Below, piece by piece: positions 8,418-19,500 of a stretch of 64,000 bases of DNA. A program made the translations under genes and the position numbers. The stretch lies in NCBI RefSeq assembly GCF_030384885.1, contig NZ_CP128615.1; one strand, given 5' to 3'. Origin of the DNA: Escherichia coli (GTDB lineage Bacteria; Pseudomonadota; Gammaproteobacteria; Enterobacterales; Enterobacteriaceae). Position 1 is the first letter of the stretch. The number at the start of each line of letters is the position of its first letter. The notes under the pieces were generated by a model. The model had not been told where the DNA came from. It saw nothing but the letters and a program-made list of their open reading frames with translations, and ran no database searches.

Positions 8418-11090
8418 TTAGAAAAAATCATCTTGGAATGCCAAATCAATGGTTACCGCGTATTGGCTATAACGGGTTCTCATTTCCGCATTCTCAAGAA
8501 CTAATGTGTATTGAGCGTTTCTATCGAACTGGGAGCCAATAAGCTTTAACCTAGCTTCGCGAGTACGTTCATCCATCACTTTACTCACGCTATCAAAGTT
8601 AATCGTTTCACGACTGGAGACTTCATTACCTTGTGCATCGACGATATAGACATCCAACAACCGTGCGACGAAACGCTCGCCTACAGGGTCTGTCTGAATA
8701 AATCTGACCTTGTCGATATTGTTTACTAATTTGATGGGCTGAGTGGCTGCTACAACACCTACCGGTTGTTTCTCATGTTTTGCTGCTTGTTCTTTTTGTA
8801 GCTCTCGCACATGTAGTACCGGTACGCAGACTTCCTGTAGCATCGCTCCGCCATGCACAAACTTAGCACCACCAACGAAGTGGAAGCGTTGAGCCGCTTT
8901 TGGAAGCAGGAACTCGGTATCACTTGAGCCATGAGCCGTATCGTTAATTGAGCCTTTCCAACAGGCTTCATCTGAAGGCAAGTTATTACCAACGATATAA
9001 CGTTTCTTGGCTTCTATCGCTCCAGCAGGTTTGGTTTTCAACGAGGTTTTGTCAGCCGCTACAAGTGCTTTTTGTTGGAAGAGGAAGCCATGGTCAGCAG
9101 TGATCACAACTCGGCTGCCGTTTAGACGGTTGATGACCCGCCCAACGAGGTCTTTTAGCTCTTCAATGGCACTACGACAGGCTTCAAACGTTTTCTCTTC
9201 AGTTGCTGCCTTATCACCAATCGCATCAATGGTATCGTGATAGATATAAACGACTTCTACGTCTCGAACCTTGTCACGCCCCTCCTGGTTACTCCAGCTC
9301 ATCAGTTCCTTAGAACTCACTGCCATACCACCTACTTTTTGTAGGATGGCGTTGCGGTTGTCTAGACCCTGTGAAGAAATACCATCCACATAAACAGCCG
9401 TGCCTTGCTCTGGCTGGTAACTGAGCGCCTTATGAGGCAATAATGCCGCCATCCCAAGTTGGGTATAACTCGGCAAAACGCCCAACTGCGTAGACACCTC
9501 AGCCTTAAATCGCTTCTCGTTGTTAATGATAGCGCCAAGCTCATTCGCAATTTCAAAACGCAGGGCATCAGAGATGATCACAAACACTCGTTTTGTCTGT
9601 TTCAGACTCAGTCGTGTGCGAACTTCTTTTTCATAGAAGTCATACTGGTGCGGTACGCCAGAAATCTGCCACTTTTCAAGTAATTTTTCATTGGCCAAGT
9701 GACGATCCCATGCAAGGCCAAGCTCATACAAGTACCAGTTGGTATAAATGCTTTCGACTTCGTCGTCGAGCTGACGCAGTATGTCTGCACCTTTACTCAA
9801 TACAGAGTGCACATGCTCATTGAACAAACGGTAAGCCTGGTCAAAACGATAAATGTCTGTGGTATAGGCGTCGTACATTGCTTTCGCGTTATCAAAGTGG
9901 AACCCATCCACATAGCGATTTCGCAAGTGCATTAACTCTTCAGCGTTGCGGATAGCTTCATAAATTGCGAAGTATTCTTTGCGTGACAATGTCCAGTGGC
10001 TAGAAAGACGTCTTGATAAGACCGTATCAAACTGAACCCGGTCTAGCGCTTTACTGCTATCGAGCAAATCACGAACTAAACCACGGATTATGGCCTGTTC
10101 CACAGCTTCGAACGTTTCGCATTCGATAAGCTCAACCGGATGGTACTGCCCAGCACGAGTCGAAATTTCCAACTGTTGGCTAAGCACCTTAGAGATGCTT
10201 TCGTAGTAAGCGGCGAAAGAGCGGCTGTCGCGCCAGCTCACCATAAACGCCAAGGCTGTCGCCCGGCCTGATGCGCTTTTTAGAACATTGTTAAGCAACC
10301 AATCGCGTTCAACACCTTCAATTTGGCTCCAGAATTCAGTACAGAATAATTTCAACACGAAGTCTGAGAAGGTTGGCTCTTCAACTGTATAGCCAAAACC
10401 CTCACTCAGATATGCCCAGAGTGAGGTCTCAAGATCAAACTTTCCTAGCTGGCTCCATAAAGGTTGACCAAGGCTTTCATCTTCGATATAAGCCGCATAT
10501 TCGCGTAGTAACCCAAGCAGAATGTCCGACAAAGACGCAGAATCAGCTTTTACAACCACTGCCATCATCTTTCTGTCTAACGACAGTTCGTCTTCGTTCT
10601 CAGTCACCCACTTTTTTAAACCGGCTATGCGCTGTTTATTGGCAAAAAAGCTCTGGCGCTTACGAATGTGCGTGCGAAGCGCCATTTTCGGAATACCCAG
10701 CTCATTAAGCAGCATTGAGCTGTGATCAGCAAAAAACTGCTCGCTATACAAACGCACGTCTAGCAACCAATCGCGGTCAGGCTCTGGCTCAGCGCTTGGA
10801 AAATAGATAAGGAATTTAGCTTCACGCTCATCTACTTCAATGCGTTTTTTCACTGCCAATACAGACTCATTGCCCATATTGAGGATGGTCAAATCATTTG
10901 GAAGCACCCGTGCAGTTTTATCCGCCGATTTATCGTCTGTTTCTTTTGCAAGCCCTTCTTTTGCAATAGAGAGGGCGTTAGCTAAATGCTCAAGCTCTTC
11001 AGTAAAGCTTTGCTCTGGGTCGTACCAAAACACAATGCGGCTTTGTTCAAATTTGGCAGCAACGCCTTGTGCCAGTTCACTAATCTGCAT
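8418..11090 (-). CDS. pglZ: BREX PglZ (alkaline-phosphatase superfamily)
   Basis: 890-aa ORF between pglX and brxL; N-terminal VFWYDP motif; size and position typical of PglZ. Confidence 0.85.
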   Translation of the reverse strand: MQISELAQGVAAKFEQSRIVFWYDPEQSFTEELEHLANALSIAKEGLAKETDDKSADKTARVLPNDLTILNMGNESVLAVKKRIEVDEREAKFLIYFPSAEPEPDRDWLLDVRLYSEQFFADHSSMLLNELGIPKMALRTHIRKRQSFFANKQRIAGLKKWVTENEDELSLDRKMMAVVVKADSASLSDILLGLLREYAAYIEDESLGQPLWSQLGKFDLETSLWAYLSEGFGYTVEEPTFSDFVLKLFCTEFWSQIEGVERDWLLNNVLKSASGRATALAFMVSWRDSRSFAAYYESISKVLSQQLEISTRAGQYHPVELIECETFEAVEQAIIRGLVRDLLDSSKALDRVQFDTVLSRRLSSHWTLSRKEYFAIYEAIRNAEELMHLRNRYVDGFHFDNAKAMYDAYTTDIYRFDQAYRLFNEHVHSVLSKGADILRQLDDEVESIYTNWYLYELGLAWDRHLANEKLLEKWQISGVPHQYDFYEKEVRTRLSLKQTKRVFVIISDALRFEIANELGAIINNEKRFKAEVSTQLGVLPSYTQLGMAALLPHKALSYQPEQGTAVYVDGISSQGLDNRNAILQKVGGMAVSSKELMSWSNQEGRDKVRDVEVVYIYHDTIDAIGDKAATEEKTFEACRSAIEELKDLVGRVINRLNGSRVVITADHGFLFQQKALVAADKTSLKTKPAGAIEAKKRYIVGNNLPSDEACWKGSINDTAHGSSDTEFLLPKAAQRFHFVGGAKFVHGGAMLQEVCVPVLHVRELQKEQAAKHEKQPVGVVAATQPIKLVNNIDKVRFIQTDPVGERFVARLLDVYIVDAQGNEVSSRETINFDSVSKVMDERTREARLKLIGSQFDRNAQYTLVLENAEMRTRYSQYAVTIDLAFQDDFF

Positions 11091-14000
11091 TAGTTAACCT
11101 CCGGGGCCGAACCGGTAATGGCCTTAACATCAGCCAACAGATCACCAAACTTGCCGTAATTCACTTTCACGCCATCATCCAAATCCAGTGAAATACGCAT
11201 ATCAGCGTAGTGTTTTAGCTTGTCATCAAACTCGCGTAGTTCAACCTGTTTCTTGATTAAGGCATCCAACTCTTTCTTGAAGCGGTTCGCTTCACTGGTC
11301 GAGTCTGCCGTTTCAATCTGCTTCTCAAGCTGCTCTGCATAAGCATCGTATTTGCCGAGTAACGGGGTGACATACTCGGTACGCATACGCGAAAGCGTGC
11401 CCTCGTTGTAACGGTGCAGGTAAACCAGGCACTCAAAAGCCTTCTGTTTGCCTGAGCTAAACAACCAATAAATAGGACGTTTTTTGTATGTCTTCAGGTG
11501 GTCTTTGTAGAATTGAGTCGATAAATAGCGGCGGATCGTCTCAAGAGCTGATTCTGATTTTTTGGGCTTTATGGCATTTAAGCACAGAGACTCTGCAACA
11601 AAATCGAGATTTTCTTGTAAGTGTTCTTCACCCCAAACAACTTGGACAAACTCGCGGAAACGATTGGTTGCGTCGTCCTTGAACCATTCTTGGTCGGTTA
11701 GGGGAATGATGCCATTTTCGTCGGCAGCAAAAGATTGATAAGCACCTTCGGCAACGAGTTTATCAAACCCATAATTACAAGCATGAGCGTAGACTAAGCC
11801 TTCACGATCAAGAGAGTAACGCCCCATCATGCAACCAATGGAGTAACTAATGAGTTCACAGGTTGTATCAGATTTTAACTTACTTAAATCAGTAGAATTT
11901 TCATATCGAAAAGCAGGGTTAGCAAATAATGATAGTGTTGAAATATCTATTGAAACCGGCACCGAAATTCCAAAATCATTGCATATTAAAGAATTAACTT
12001 CACTTTCCAAATTGGCTTGTTCATTAACTAGATTTAACTTCACTTCATTTAGAACCTGATAAGATTCAGCAATTTTGGCACGTTTTATTTTACACAGAGG
12101 CGAACATTCAAAGTTCCATGACGTTTCGTACATATCCCAATCAACCTTTGCGTTGGAAATTAAATCGCTCACCTTTTCAAACAATGCTTCTTTGTCAGCC
12201 TTATTGAAAATTGCCGGCAATGAGGCTATTTGACTCGTTTCATAGTTAAGCGTTGGCGAAATGATTTTTAACTGTTCCAGCACTACAGATGAGTTTAACT
12301 GAGCCAATAAGGCATATTCTTCAATTCGAGAATTAAGAAATACTGATGCACCTGCAACGTCAAATATCGCTCCTTCAGGCTGCCATCTGAACGATGGAAT
12401 TCCACTCGAAATTTTTGACCAAGTTACTGAGCTACGAAAATAAAATGCACCATTTTTCACAGTTCTAGTAGGAGACCCATACAAACTTTTAGCGTATGCA
12501 AATACCTCTTCACCTGCATTTTCCCAATTAATTACGTATTCCTGATTGCCATACCATTTTCTATATGAACCGCCTTTATTATATGGAAACCATTTGAATC
12601 CTGAGGATTCAGCTTCATCTTTAGAACTAGAGTCATACATTGAGGTGTTTACTGGAACTTCATGCCATAGCCTTAAGAATCTATTATTATCACTTGTTTG
12701 ACACCCAACTCTAGTTTTAGCAACTGACGATATTGGCGCGTCCATAAATGTATTTAATATTTCCTTGGCAACCCAATAAGCAATCGGACTCCCAGGAATC
12801 TTTTTGAAATCATCCTGAGCTGTCGCTGCAAATTCATTCTCTCTATTGAGCAATGCTTTTTGCTTTTCTTCTTCATTGCCATCTATCAGCCTATAAAAGG
12901 TAGGTTGATAATGATTGATGTGCTTATTTTGAATAATCCAGGCAGTAGTCTGTACAACCTCGCCACTAATCTGACTAAAAGCGCGTGCACCGAGGTGAGC
13001 CATAGTAATAAATGTATGGTCTTCCAATAAATTGTTTCTTAGTTGCTCATAACTCGACAAGAACATCCACGATTGCATATTGATTTGAGCATTAAATCCA
13101 TATTGAGAAAGCAATTTAAATGCTCGCTCCATAAAAATGGCAAACAAGTCTGATTTACTATTTGGGTATTGTTTCTTAGCAAACTCTTTCAAATCTGCAT
13201 TCATTCCTTTTGCTCCCATATAGGGAGGATTAGCAATCACAGCATCGTAACGAATAGATAAAACCAAAGCCTGGTGAACAAACTCAATCAATTGCTTCGC
13301 TGCCAGCTTCTGCATTGAGTCGCCTGACTCTTGTAGCTCTACTAGCGTGCTCAGGAGCTCTTTTAGCTGTTCATGGTCATCGCTTGGTACATCAATCAAT
13401 GAACCAAAGGTCTTGGCTTGAGTAAATCTTGCCAACGTTCGCTTCAGCAGTTGGTAGCGGTTGTCTGCATTGAACGAGCTTAAATCTTGCTCTTCGTCAG
13501 AGAACAGTCCTTGTGATGTGCCGCTTTGCCAACTTCCCGATAGGTTGAGTGCTTTCCATAAGGTCGGCAGATCAATATGGTTACTTTCCTGCAATGACAG
13601 TACATTGAGTCGCACGTTACGGGTAAAAATACGCTTGTCGTCATCTCTCGCCATCATCATCAGGGCAAAGCCAGATAGCTGTGCTGCACGATCATCTATG
13701 TCCAAGCCGAAGAGGTTGTTCTCCAGGATCATCTTTGGAATGTCACGAGAGCGGAAACCACGTTCTTCGTAGATGGCTTTTAGTACGTTGTAAGCTTCAA
13801 TCAGTATGTGGCCCGAGCCACAAGCGGGATCGAGTACTTTGATGGTTTCAGGTTCAATCGATTCTGGCGTAATAGCCTTTAGCTGTTGGTTAACTTCGTC
13901 AGATTGCTGCGCAGGCTCAATGTAGTATTCCATCTGGCTTTTAATGGCAGAGTCTGGGTAGGTTTGCAGCCATTGACGACCGACTGAGTTTTGTACCAGG

Positions 14001-14758
14001 TACTTTACAATCCAGTTAGGTGTAAATAGCTGAGTAGCGGCAGGAATGTCTTCACTTTTGACTACTTTTCCGATGACCTGATCTTTCTTTTCAGAAATGT
14101 AGAATTGGTAAAGCCAACCAATCACTTCGACTTGTTGCCAGTCCTCTTCAGGGATGCCGTCTACCAATCCACGCAGAATGGAGTCGGTACGCATTAGGTT
14201 GTCTGGTAGCAGAAGCTCTGTTTCATCGTCCAATGCGTCAAATAAGAAAGGCATCGCTTCATGTAGCTTATGGCACTGGCCTAACAGCAGTTCACGATAC
14301 AGCTCTTCGTCTTTGTTGCCCGCAAGCTTGAGTTCAACAATGCGAGCTCTATCTAATCCGAGTTCATCCGCAGCGTCTTGGGCATGGTCGATAATTTCAA
14401 AGCCTTTAGGGTTGTCTGGGTGCGACAAAACACGAAAACCGTGGCCTAGATAGTCATGGATTTCCATATAGCGAATAGCACACAGACGGTTGAACCAGGT
14501 ATAAGCTACTTGTTCAATAAGTTGTGCATACCCAAGTTTCTGGCTTCTGGCTACTATGCGTTTTCTGGGCTCGGCCAGTTTACCGTCAAAACTGTTACCA
14601 GCGATTTGAAGCACAGAACCTTGTAGATTCGCTTCTGCAATTTGTAGCTCGCCCTTTTTATTCGCGGTGATACCAAAGGTATTTAATCGTTTAGCTACCG
14701 CATCCATAAATTCGCGGCGCGCTTTTGGTGCGTATTTTTTAATGTTGTTCGTATTCAT
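11090..14758 (-). CDS. pglX: BREX PglX N6-adenine DNA methyltransferase
   Basis: 1222-aa ORF; SAM motif LDPACGSGHIL and catalytic NPPY (ANPPYMGAKG). Confidence 0.9.
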   Translation of the reverse strand: MNTNNIKKYAPKARREFMDAVAKRLNTFGITANKKGELQIAEANLQGSVLQIAGNSFDGKLAEPRKRIVARSQKLGYAQLIEQVAYTWFNRLCAIRYMEIHDYLGHGFRVLSHPDNPKGFEIIDHAQDAADELGLDRARIVELKLAGNKDEELYRELLLGQCHKLHEAMPFLFDALDDETELLLPDNLMRTDSILRGLVDGIPEEDWQQVEVIGWLYQFYISEKKDQVIGKVVKSEDIPAATQLFTPNWIVKYLVQNSVGRQWLQTYPDSAIKSQMEYYIEPAQQSDEVNQQLKAITPESIEPETIKVLDPACGSGHILIEAYNVLKAIYEERGFRSRDIPKMILENNLFGLDIDDRAAQLSGFALMMMARDDDKRIFTRNVRLNVLSLQESNHIDLPTLWKALNLSGSWQSGTSQGLFSDEEQDLSSFNADNRYQLLKRTLARFTQAKTFGSLIDVPSDDHEQLKELLSTLVELQESGDSMQKLAAKQLIEFVHQALVLSIRYDAVIANPPYMGAKGMNADLKEFAKKQYPNSKSDLFAIFMERAFKLLSQYGFNAQINMQSWMFLSSYEQLRNNLLEDHTFITMAHLGARAFSQISGEVVQTTAWIIQNKHINHYQPTFYRLIDGNEEEKQKALLNRENEFAATAQDDFKKIPGSPIAYWVAKEILNTFMDAPISSVAKTRVGCQTSDNNRFLRLWHEVPVNTSMYDSSSKDEAESSGFKWFPYNKGGSYRKWYGNQEYVINWENAGEEVFAYAKSLYGSPTRTVKNGAFYFRSSVTWSKISSGIPSFRWQPEGAIFDVAGASVFLNSRIEEYALLAQLNSSVVLEQLKIISPTLNYETSQIASLPAIFNKADKEALFEKVSDLISNAKVDWDMYETSWNFECSPLCKIKRAKIAESYQVLNEVKLNLVNEQANLESEVNSLICNDFGISVPVSIDISTLSLFANPAFRYENSTDLSKLKSDTTCELISYSIGCMMGRYSLDREGLVYAHACNYGFDKLVAEGAYQSFAADENGIIPLTDQEWFKDDATNRFREFVQVVWGEEHLQENLDFVAESLCLNAIKPKKSESALETIRRYLSTQFYKDHLKTYKKRPIYWLFSSGKQKAFECLVYLHRYNEGTLSRMRTEYVTPLLGKYDAYAEQLEKQIETADSTSEANRFKKELDALIKKQVELREFDDKLKHYADMRISLDLDDGVKVNYGKFGDLLADVKAITGSAPEVN

Positions 14759-14773
14759 ATGATCTTGCGCCTC

Positions 14774-16537
14774 TTATTCTGTCTCTACGCTGTTTGCGGG
14801 TTGTAATGCGGTTCTAATGCGGGCAAGCAGTGTTTCCTGACGCTCGCGGTAAAAGTCCATAAACTGGTTTAGTTGTTCAGGTAATGATGTTATGGCTTGC
14901 GATTGCAGATGTGCTTGTCTTGCATTCACATCAGGCCACTGCTGCGCATACCATTCATGGGGCATTTTTTGCCGCTTCTGGTTGTTGATTGTCCCTTCCA
15001 ACAGTTGAAGGTTTGGCAGCTTGTTAGATGCCTCGATGAGTTCATCTAGCTGTTCAGCTGGGACACCAACTTTTGCAAGCTTGTTACGCGTAAACAAACC
15101 TTTGGGGTAAATGTGGTCCACATGAAAGTGTCGTGAAAAATCGAATCCTGGGAACAACAAAGTCAACAAGGCAAAGGTACGCGGATTACCATAATCCAAC
15201 TGCGCTAGTTCACTAATTTCCTCTGGGTCAAAGCGCAACGATTTACCACGCTGTTGCATGGTCGCTTCAATTTTCGCTAGCGGGAAACCCGTATCACCCG
15301 ATTGTTTAATGTCTGAGCGAAGCATAGTAAGCAGGGTATCCAAACCACTTCCCCAGATGCCTGACGCTTTCAACAACGACCTAATGAGCCAGTTTCTGAT
15401 GCATTCTCTATCGACCGCATATTCAACCCTAGAAAGGTAGCTTGCCGTTAACTTTCGGTGGTGCAGGTAATAGGCTAACGGGAGGATGGCACTTGTTGCT
15501 CTGAGGTTTTGTGCATTAAAACCAAAACTTGCCAGCAACTGCATTGAGAGCAATAACGCATCACGAATTGGCGTCCAGTTCTTTTCGAGAATCGCCATAT
15601 TTTCCTTGTTAAAGTTCTCAACCTTAAAGCCCACGCTACCGATGTCAGAGAGCATTAAGCCTGCTTTTAAAACGAGATCTTTTGATACGTTGAATCCATC
15701 ACCAACACGGTTCATCTCATCCACTAAGGCATGAATTTCTTCACGGGCATCTAACGAGCTCCACTGCGCTACGGCTATTGAAAGTAGTAAGTCTGAGTAG
15801 GACAAAGTAGTGCCGCCGCTATTCATGCGGATAAAGATATTCAGAACACGTTCAAGGCTCTGATCACTTTCTTCGTAAAACGAAATCTTATCTTTGTCAT
15901 GGATAGTTCGATACAAGTGACGAAGAGTTGAGCGAGCCTCTTTGCGTTGCTCCGAGCTCAACCTAGCATCATCAGCAACTTCATCGATAAGTGCATCTTC
16001 TTCCTCTTCCATGATCCGGCCTACACGGAACCAGTATTGTTCAGATGCATCCAAAGAGGCTTTATCGTCGGTTAGGAACTCAAAGTCATACATCGACCCA
16101 GTTTCTAAGTCGGGCTGGCTTAACAGATTTAAGTGAAGCCTGCGCACTGGGAAGGCGTCATCATTGCTCCACCATTTACCTGTCAGCTTCCACGCAAATG
16201 AGCCGCGTAGGCCGATGTTCAAAGCGGTAATCCGCTGCTGTCCATCTAGGACGGCAATGAACTCACGCTCTGGTAACTGAGTGACATTTTCACAATGGTA
16301 GTTATCTCGCTCATGGTAATGCTGCATGAACTGATAAAACTGATAGCTATGCCGGTTCTCTGGTTTTATCTTCCAGAATAGAAAGGTCCCAAACGGGTAA
16401 CCTTGCAACAGGCTATCAAATAGACGACAGATCTGTTCTGGTCGCCATACAAACTCTCGCTGGATGGCCGGTAACAGGTATTCCTGCTCAGCAACCTTGT
16501 CGAGTAATGATCTTATTGTTCCACCCGCTTGATACAT
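14774..16537 (-). CDS. GmrSD-family type IV restriction endonuclease (DUF262 + DUF1524; BrxU-like) embedded in BREX locus
   Basis: 587-aa ORF; N-terminal IQREFVW and DGQQR (DUF262/ParB-like) motifs, C-terminal HxxH-type HFHVDHIYPK (DUF1524 His-Me finger). Confidence 0.8.
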   Translation of the reverse strand: MYQAGGTIRSLLDKVAEQEYLLPAIQREFVWRPEQICRLFDSLLQGYPFGTFLFWKIKPENRHSYQFYQFMQHYHERDNYHCENVTQLPEREFIAVLDGQQRITALNIGLRGSFAWKLTGKWWSNDDAFPVRRLHLNLLSQPDLETGSMYDFEFLTDDKASLDASEQYWFRVGRIMEEEEDALIDEVADDARLSSEQRKEARSTLRHLYRTIHDKDKISFYEESDQSLERVLNIFIRMNSGGTTLSYSDLLLSIAVAQWSSLDAREEIHALVDEMNRVGDGFNVSKDLVLKAGLMLSDIGSVGFKVENFNKENMAILEKNWTPIRDALLLSMQLLASFGFNAQNLRATSAILPLAYYLHHRKLTASYLSRVEYAVDRECIRNWLIRSLLKASGIWGSGLDTLLTMLRSDIKQSGDTGFPLAKIEATMQQRGKSLRFDPEEISELAQLDYGNPRTFALLTLLFPGFDFSRHFHVDHIYPKGLFTRNKLAKVGVPAEQLDELIEASNKLPNLQLLEGTINNQKRQKMPHEWYAQQWPDVNARQAHLQSQAITSLPEQLNQFMDFYRERQETLLARIRTALQPANSVETE

Positions 16538-16553
16538 AGTTATCCGTTGCCTC

Positions 16554-19500
16554 TTACTTAATTCTTACTCGGTCGCCAGCTTTGACCGCAGCAATCAGCT
16601 GCTCTCTTAAAGCGGCAAGATAGGCATCAACTTCGGCTTCACTTTCAATGAATCCGGTTGTTACTGACTTAGCCATGGCATCGGTTGAGTTAATCGTTAC
16701 GGTACGTTTTGCAACCGGCTGTGGCTGCACTGGTTCAGAGGCTGGCTCAGGTGCTGGAGCTGCTTTACCGGCTTTCGCTGCTTCCTCTTCGCGTGTCTGC
16801 TGTTCGAGTTCACGACGTCTTTGCTCAGCTTCAGCTTTTTTGCGTTGATCTTCGATAAAGCCATTCAGCAACTCATAGGCTTCGTCCTCGTAACCTTCCG
16901 CTTCAGTTTGCTCACTGATAATTTGTGGTATTGAAGAGGTCGCTTCAATACGCTGTCTGCACATTTGTAACGGGCGCAGTGCTTGGTTCTGTAATTCAGA
17001 CGGTGCATGAGCTTCAGCTAGCGCTTCTTTTACACGTCCGATGCGCAGATCAACACGCTCTAAGGCATGAGTGCGTTTTTCTTCAACCAATGTTGAGTTA
17101 ATTTTTGCCACCTGCTCGATAAGCGGATTAATGTGGCGCAGCTGCTCATACGGCGAGGGCATATTGTAAATGCGTTCTAATTCAGTGAGCGCTTTTAATG
17201 CTTCACTGTCTTTTTCTAACGCAGGTCTATTGGCCTTAAACTTCTCGTTCAATGCGCCAGCAAGGGCTTGCCAAGTTTGAAATTGGCTATTGTAGAAGTC
17301 ATCAAGATCCTCAAAGTCCTCAGCAAACTCTTCAAGGGCATCAGCGTTTTCTAAGAATCGGGTGATAAGAGCGAAGCTTGAAGTTTGCTCAAGAATACCC
17401 GCGACCAATGCAAGACCATCGTCAATTTGAGATTTACCTGGGAAATGGCCTGTCTGTGACTTGGTTCTGAATGATTTAAGCTCTTCATTCCAAGCCAGTA
17501 ATTCATCGCGCACTAATTCGTAGAGCTCCTTTTCACCAGAGCCGGTAAAGGTTTTTGAAAAGATCTCTTTAACAAGACCAGCAGCCTTTTTGATTTGGCG
17601 CTCGTCATGTTGCCTGATTTTATGTACACGGATCTCACCGCGTTTACGCACGCTGGTAAACGGCTCGTAAGCTTTTTTCAACGCCAGATCTGTGCCCTGG
17701 GTACTAAAAGATAACTTTCCAGCCAAGCCCAGCCTTGCAGTGAGCAATAAGATTTCATTGTCTGGCCAGCCATACGGGCGCTTGCCGAAGTGGGCAACGA
17801 TGTCACGTAAGTAAACAGGCTCATTACGCTCGACTTTTAGCGTTACGTACTGCTCAACCTCACGCGTAGCTTCTGGGTTACATTCATCCGCTTGAAGATC
17901 CAGTCCAATCTGAGCAATATCATCAGCAACAAGTACGGCCTGTAGCTCACGCAAAACTTCACCAGGCGTCGCCTTGAGCATGTTCAATTTAGCGAAGGTG
18001 TTTTCGATAACGTATTTGTATGCTTCTTCGACGATGGCACTTGGCGTTGCTGATTTCTTCGGTAGTTTTGTGCCGATAGCGTAAACGTCAGCCTCTGCAA
18101 ACAAAGCTTCAAAATCCGTTCTTAAGCGTTTTTCACGCTCAATATTTTCCATCTGCTTTTCGCGGAGAAGGTGTTCTTGCTCTGGTCGCTGTCCTGAATT
18201 TTGTTTTAAGAATCGGTCAGTTTTTATAAAGGTTGTCAGGTCATCCCAAAGACGTTTATGTTCGCCCAGCTTGACGAGCACGCACCCATCAGCCTCAAGC
18301 GTATGATTGATGCAGGCTTGATCGTGGGAGTAATTTTCAAAGTGCGAATCCAAAGGTGAAATGACTTTAATGACTAGATCTTCCAGCGTGGTGCCATCTT
18401 TTGGATGACCATTGCAAAAACGGCTCACCGCAAAGTCTTGCTTATTAATCGGGTATCGATAGGCACGATTACCTTTCAAAATACCGTCAAATACGATTGC
18501 TGAAAGCTTGTTAGAGACCTCTGACATTTCAACGTCAGTGTGGCGGATCTCGTTTTCAATCTCTTTTTCTTCGTTGGTCAGGAAGATAAATTCATCACCA
18601 TTACGCGCAATCAGCAATTGGCGTTCAAGACGATTCAAGCTCTCTTCAATTTGTTTACGCAGCGCAATTTTATCTGCATCGATTCGATCAATTGACAGCG
18701 TCACAAGGTTGTCTAGTGTGCTTTTGACAACGTCCACATAACGGATCAAGAAAAGAGTTTTTAGAATCTTGCCATCGAATTCTGTTAAGGAATCCAACTC
18801 ACAGGCTTGGTCAATCGTTCGCTTAACCGCTGGCTCCAAAAAGCTTTCAATCGGTGCATAGAAACTGTAAAACGGGATTAACACATCAAGGCCAGAGTCC
18901 TTCATCTGTTTTGCAGCTGATTGGAAAGCATCAAGTAATGAACGCTCACCCATGGCTAAGTGCTTACCCGTCGCGCCTTTTGTTCGAATTGACTCAAACA
19001 CTTTTTGAACCAGCGTGTAGTGGTAAGGCACAAACGGATAGTTGTCCACGAAAGACGGAGCGTCGGTGTAGCCCTTTAGAGACGCAGTTGTCGTTTTATC
19101 AAATGTCAGCTGGTTACGAAGAATGTCGCCCTTTTCAGCAAACACATCGATGAGGTGTGTACGAGCTTCTTCCGTTTTGGACAACAAACGCTTTTGAATA
19201 ACTTCCGAGGTATTCGAGCTCGACAGCTGCAAGCGGGTACTAAAACGCCCTTGAATTTTAGAGAAGTCCTCGCCATCGCGCTTATCCATACCACCAATGG
19301 CAGCATCAATGTCTGCCTGAGAGGTAACAACGACCCAAGCTCTGCCACCACAATATGTGCCAAGATCTTCAGTAATGGTCTGAAGCTTCAACATCATTTG
19401 TGTGTTCTTACCGATAAACTGACCGACTTCATCGACTAAGAAAAGAAGGTTACGATCTCCAGTTCGATCTAAGTATTCATTAACCCACTTACAGAAGTTT

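Noticed and set aside
8759-10725. Small ORFs inside or antisense to pglZ, and similar ones inside pglX, brxC and the GmrSD-like gene
   Set aside because: Short, internal to long genes with clear motifs, and without start-site context.
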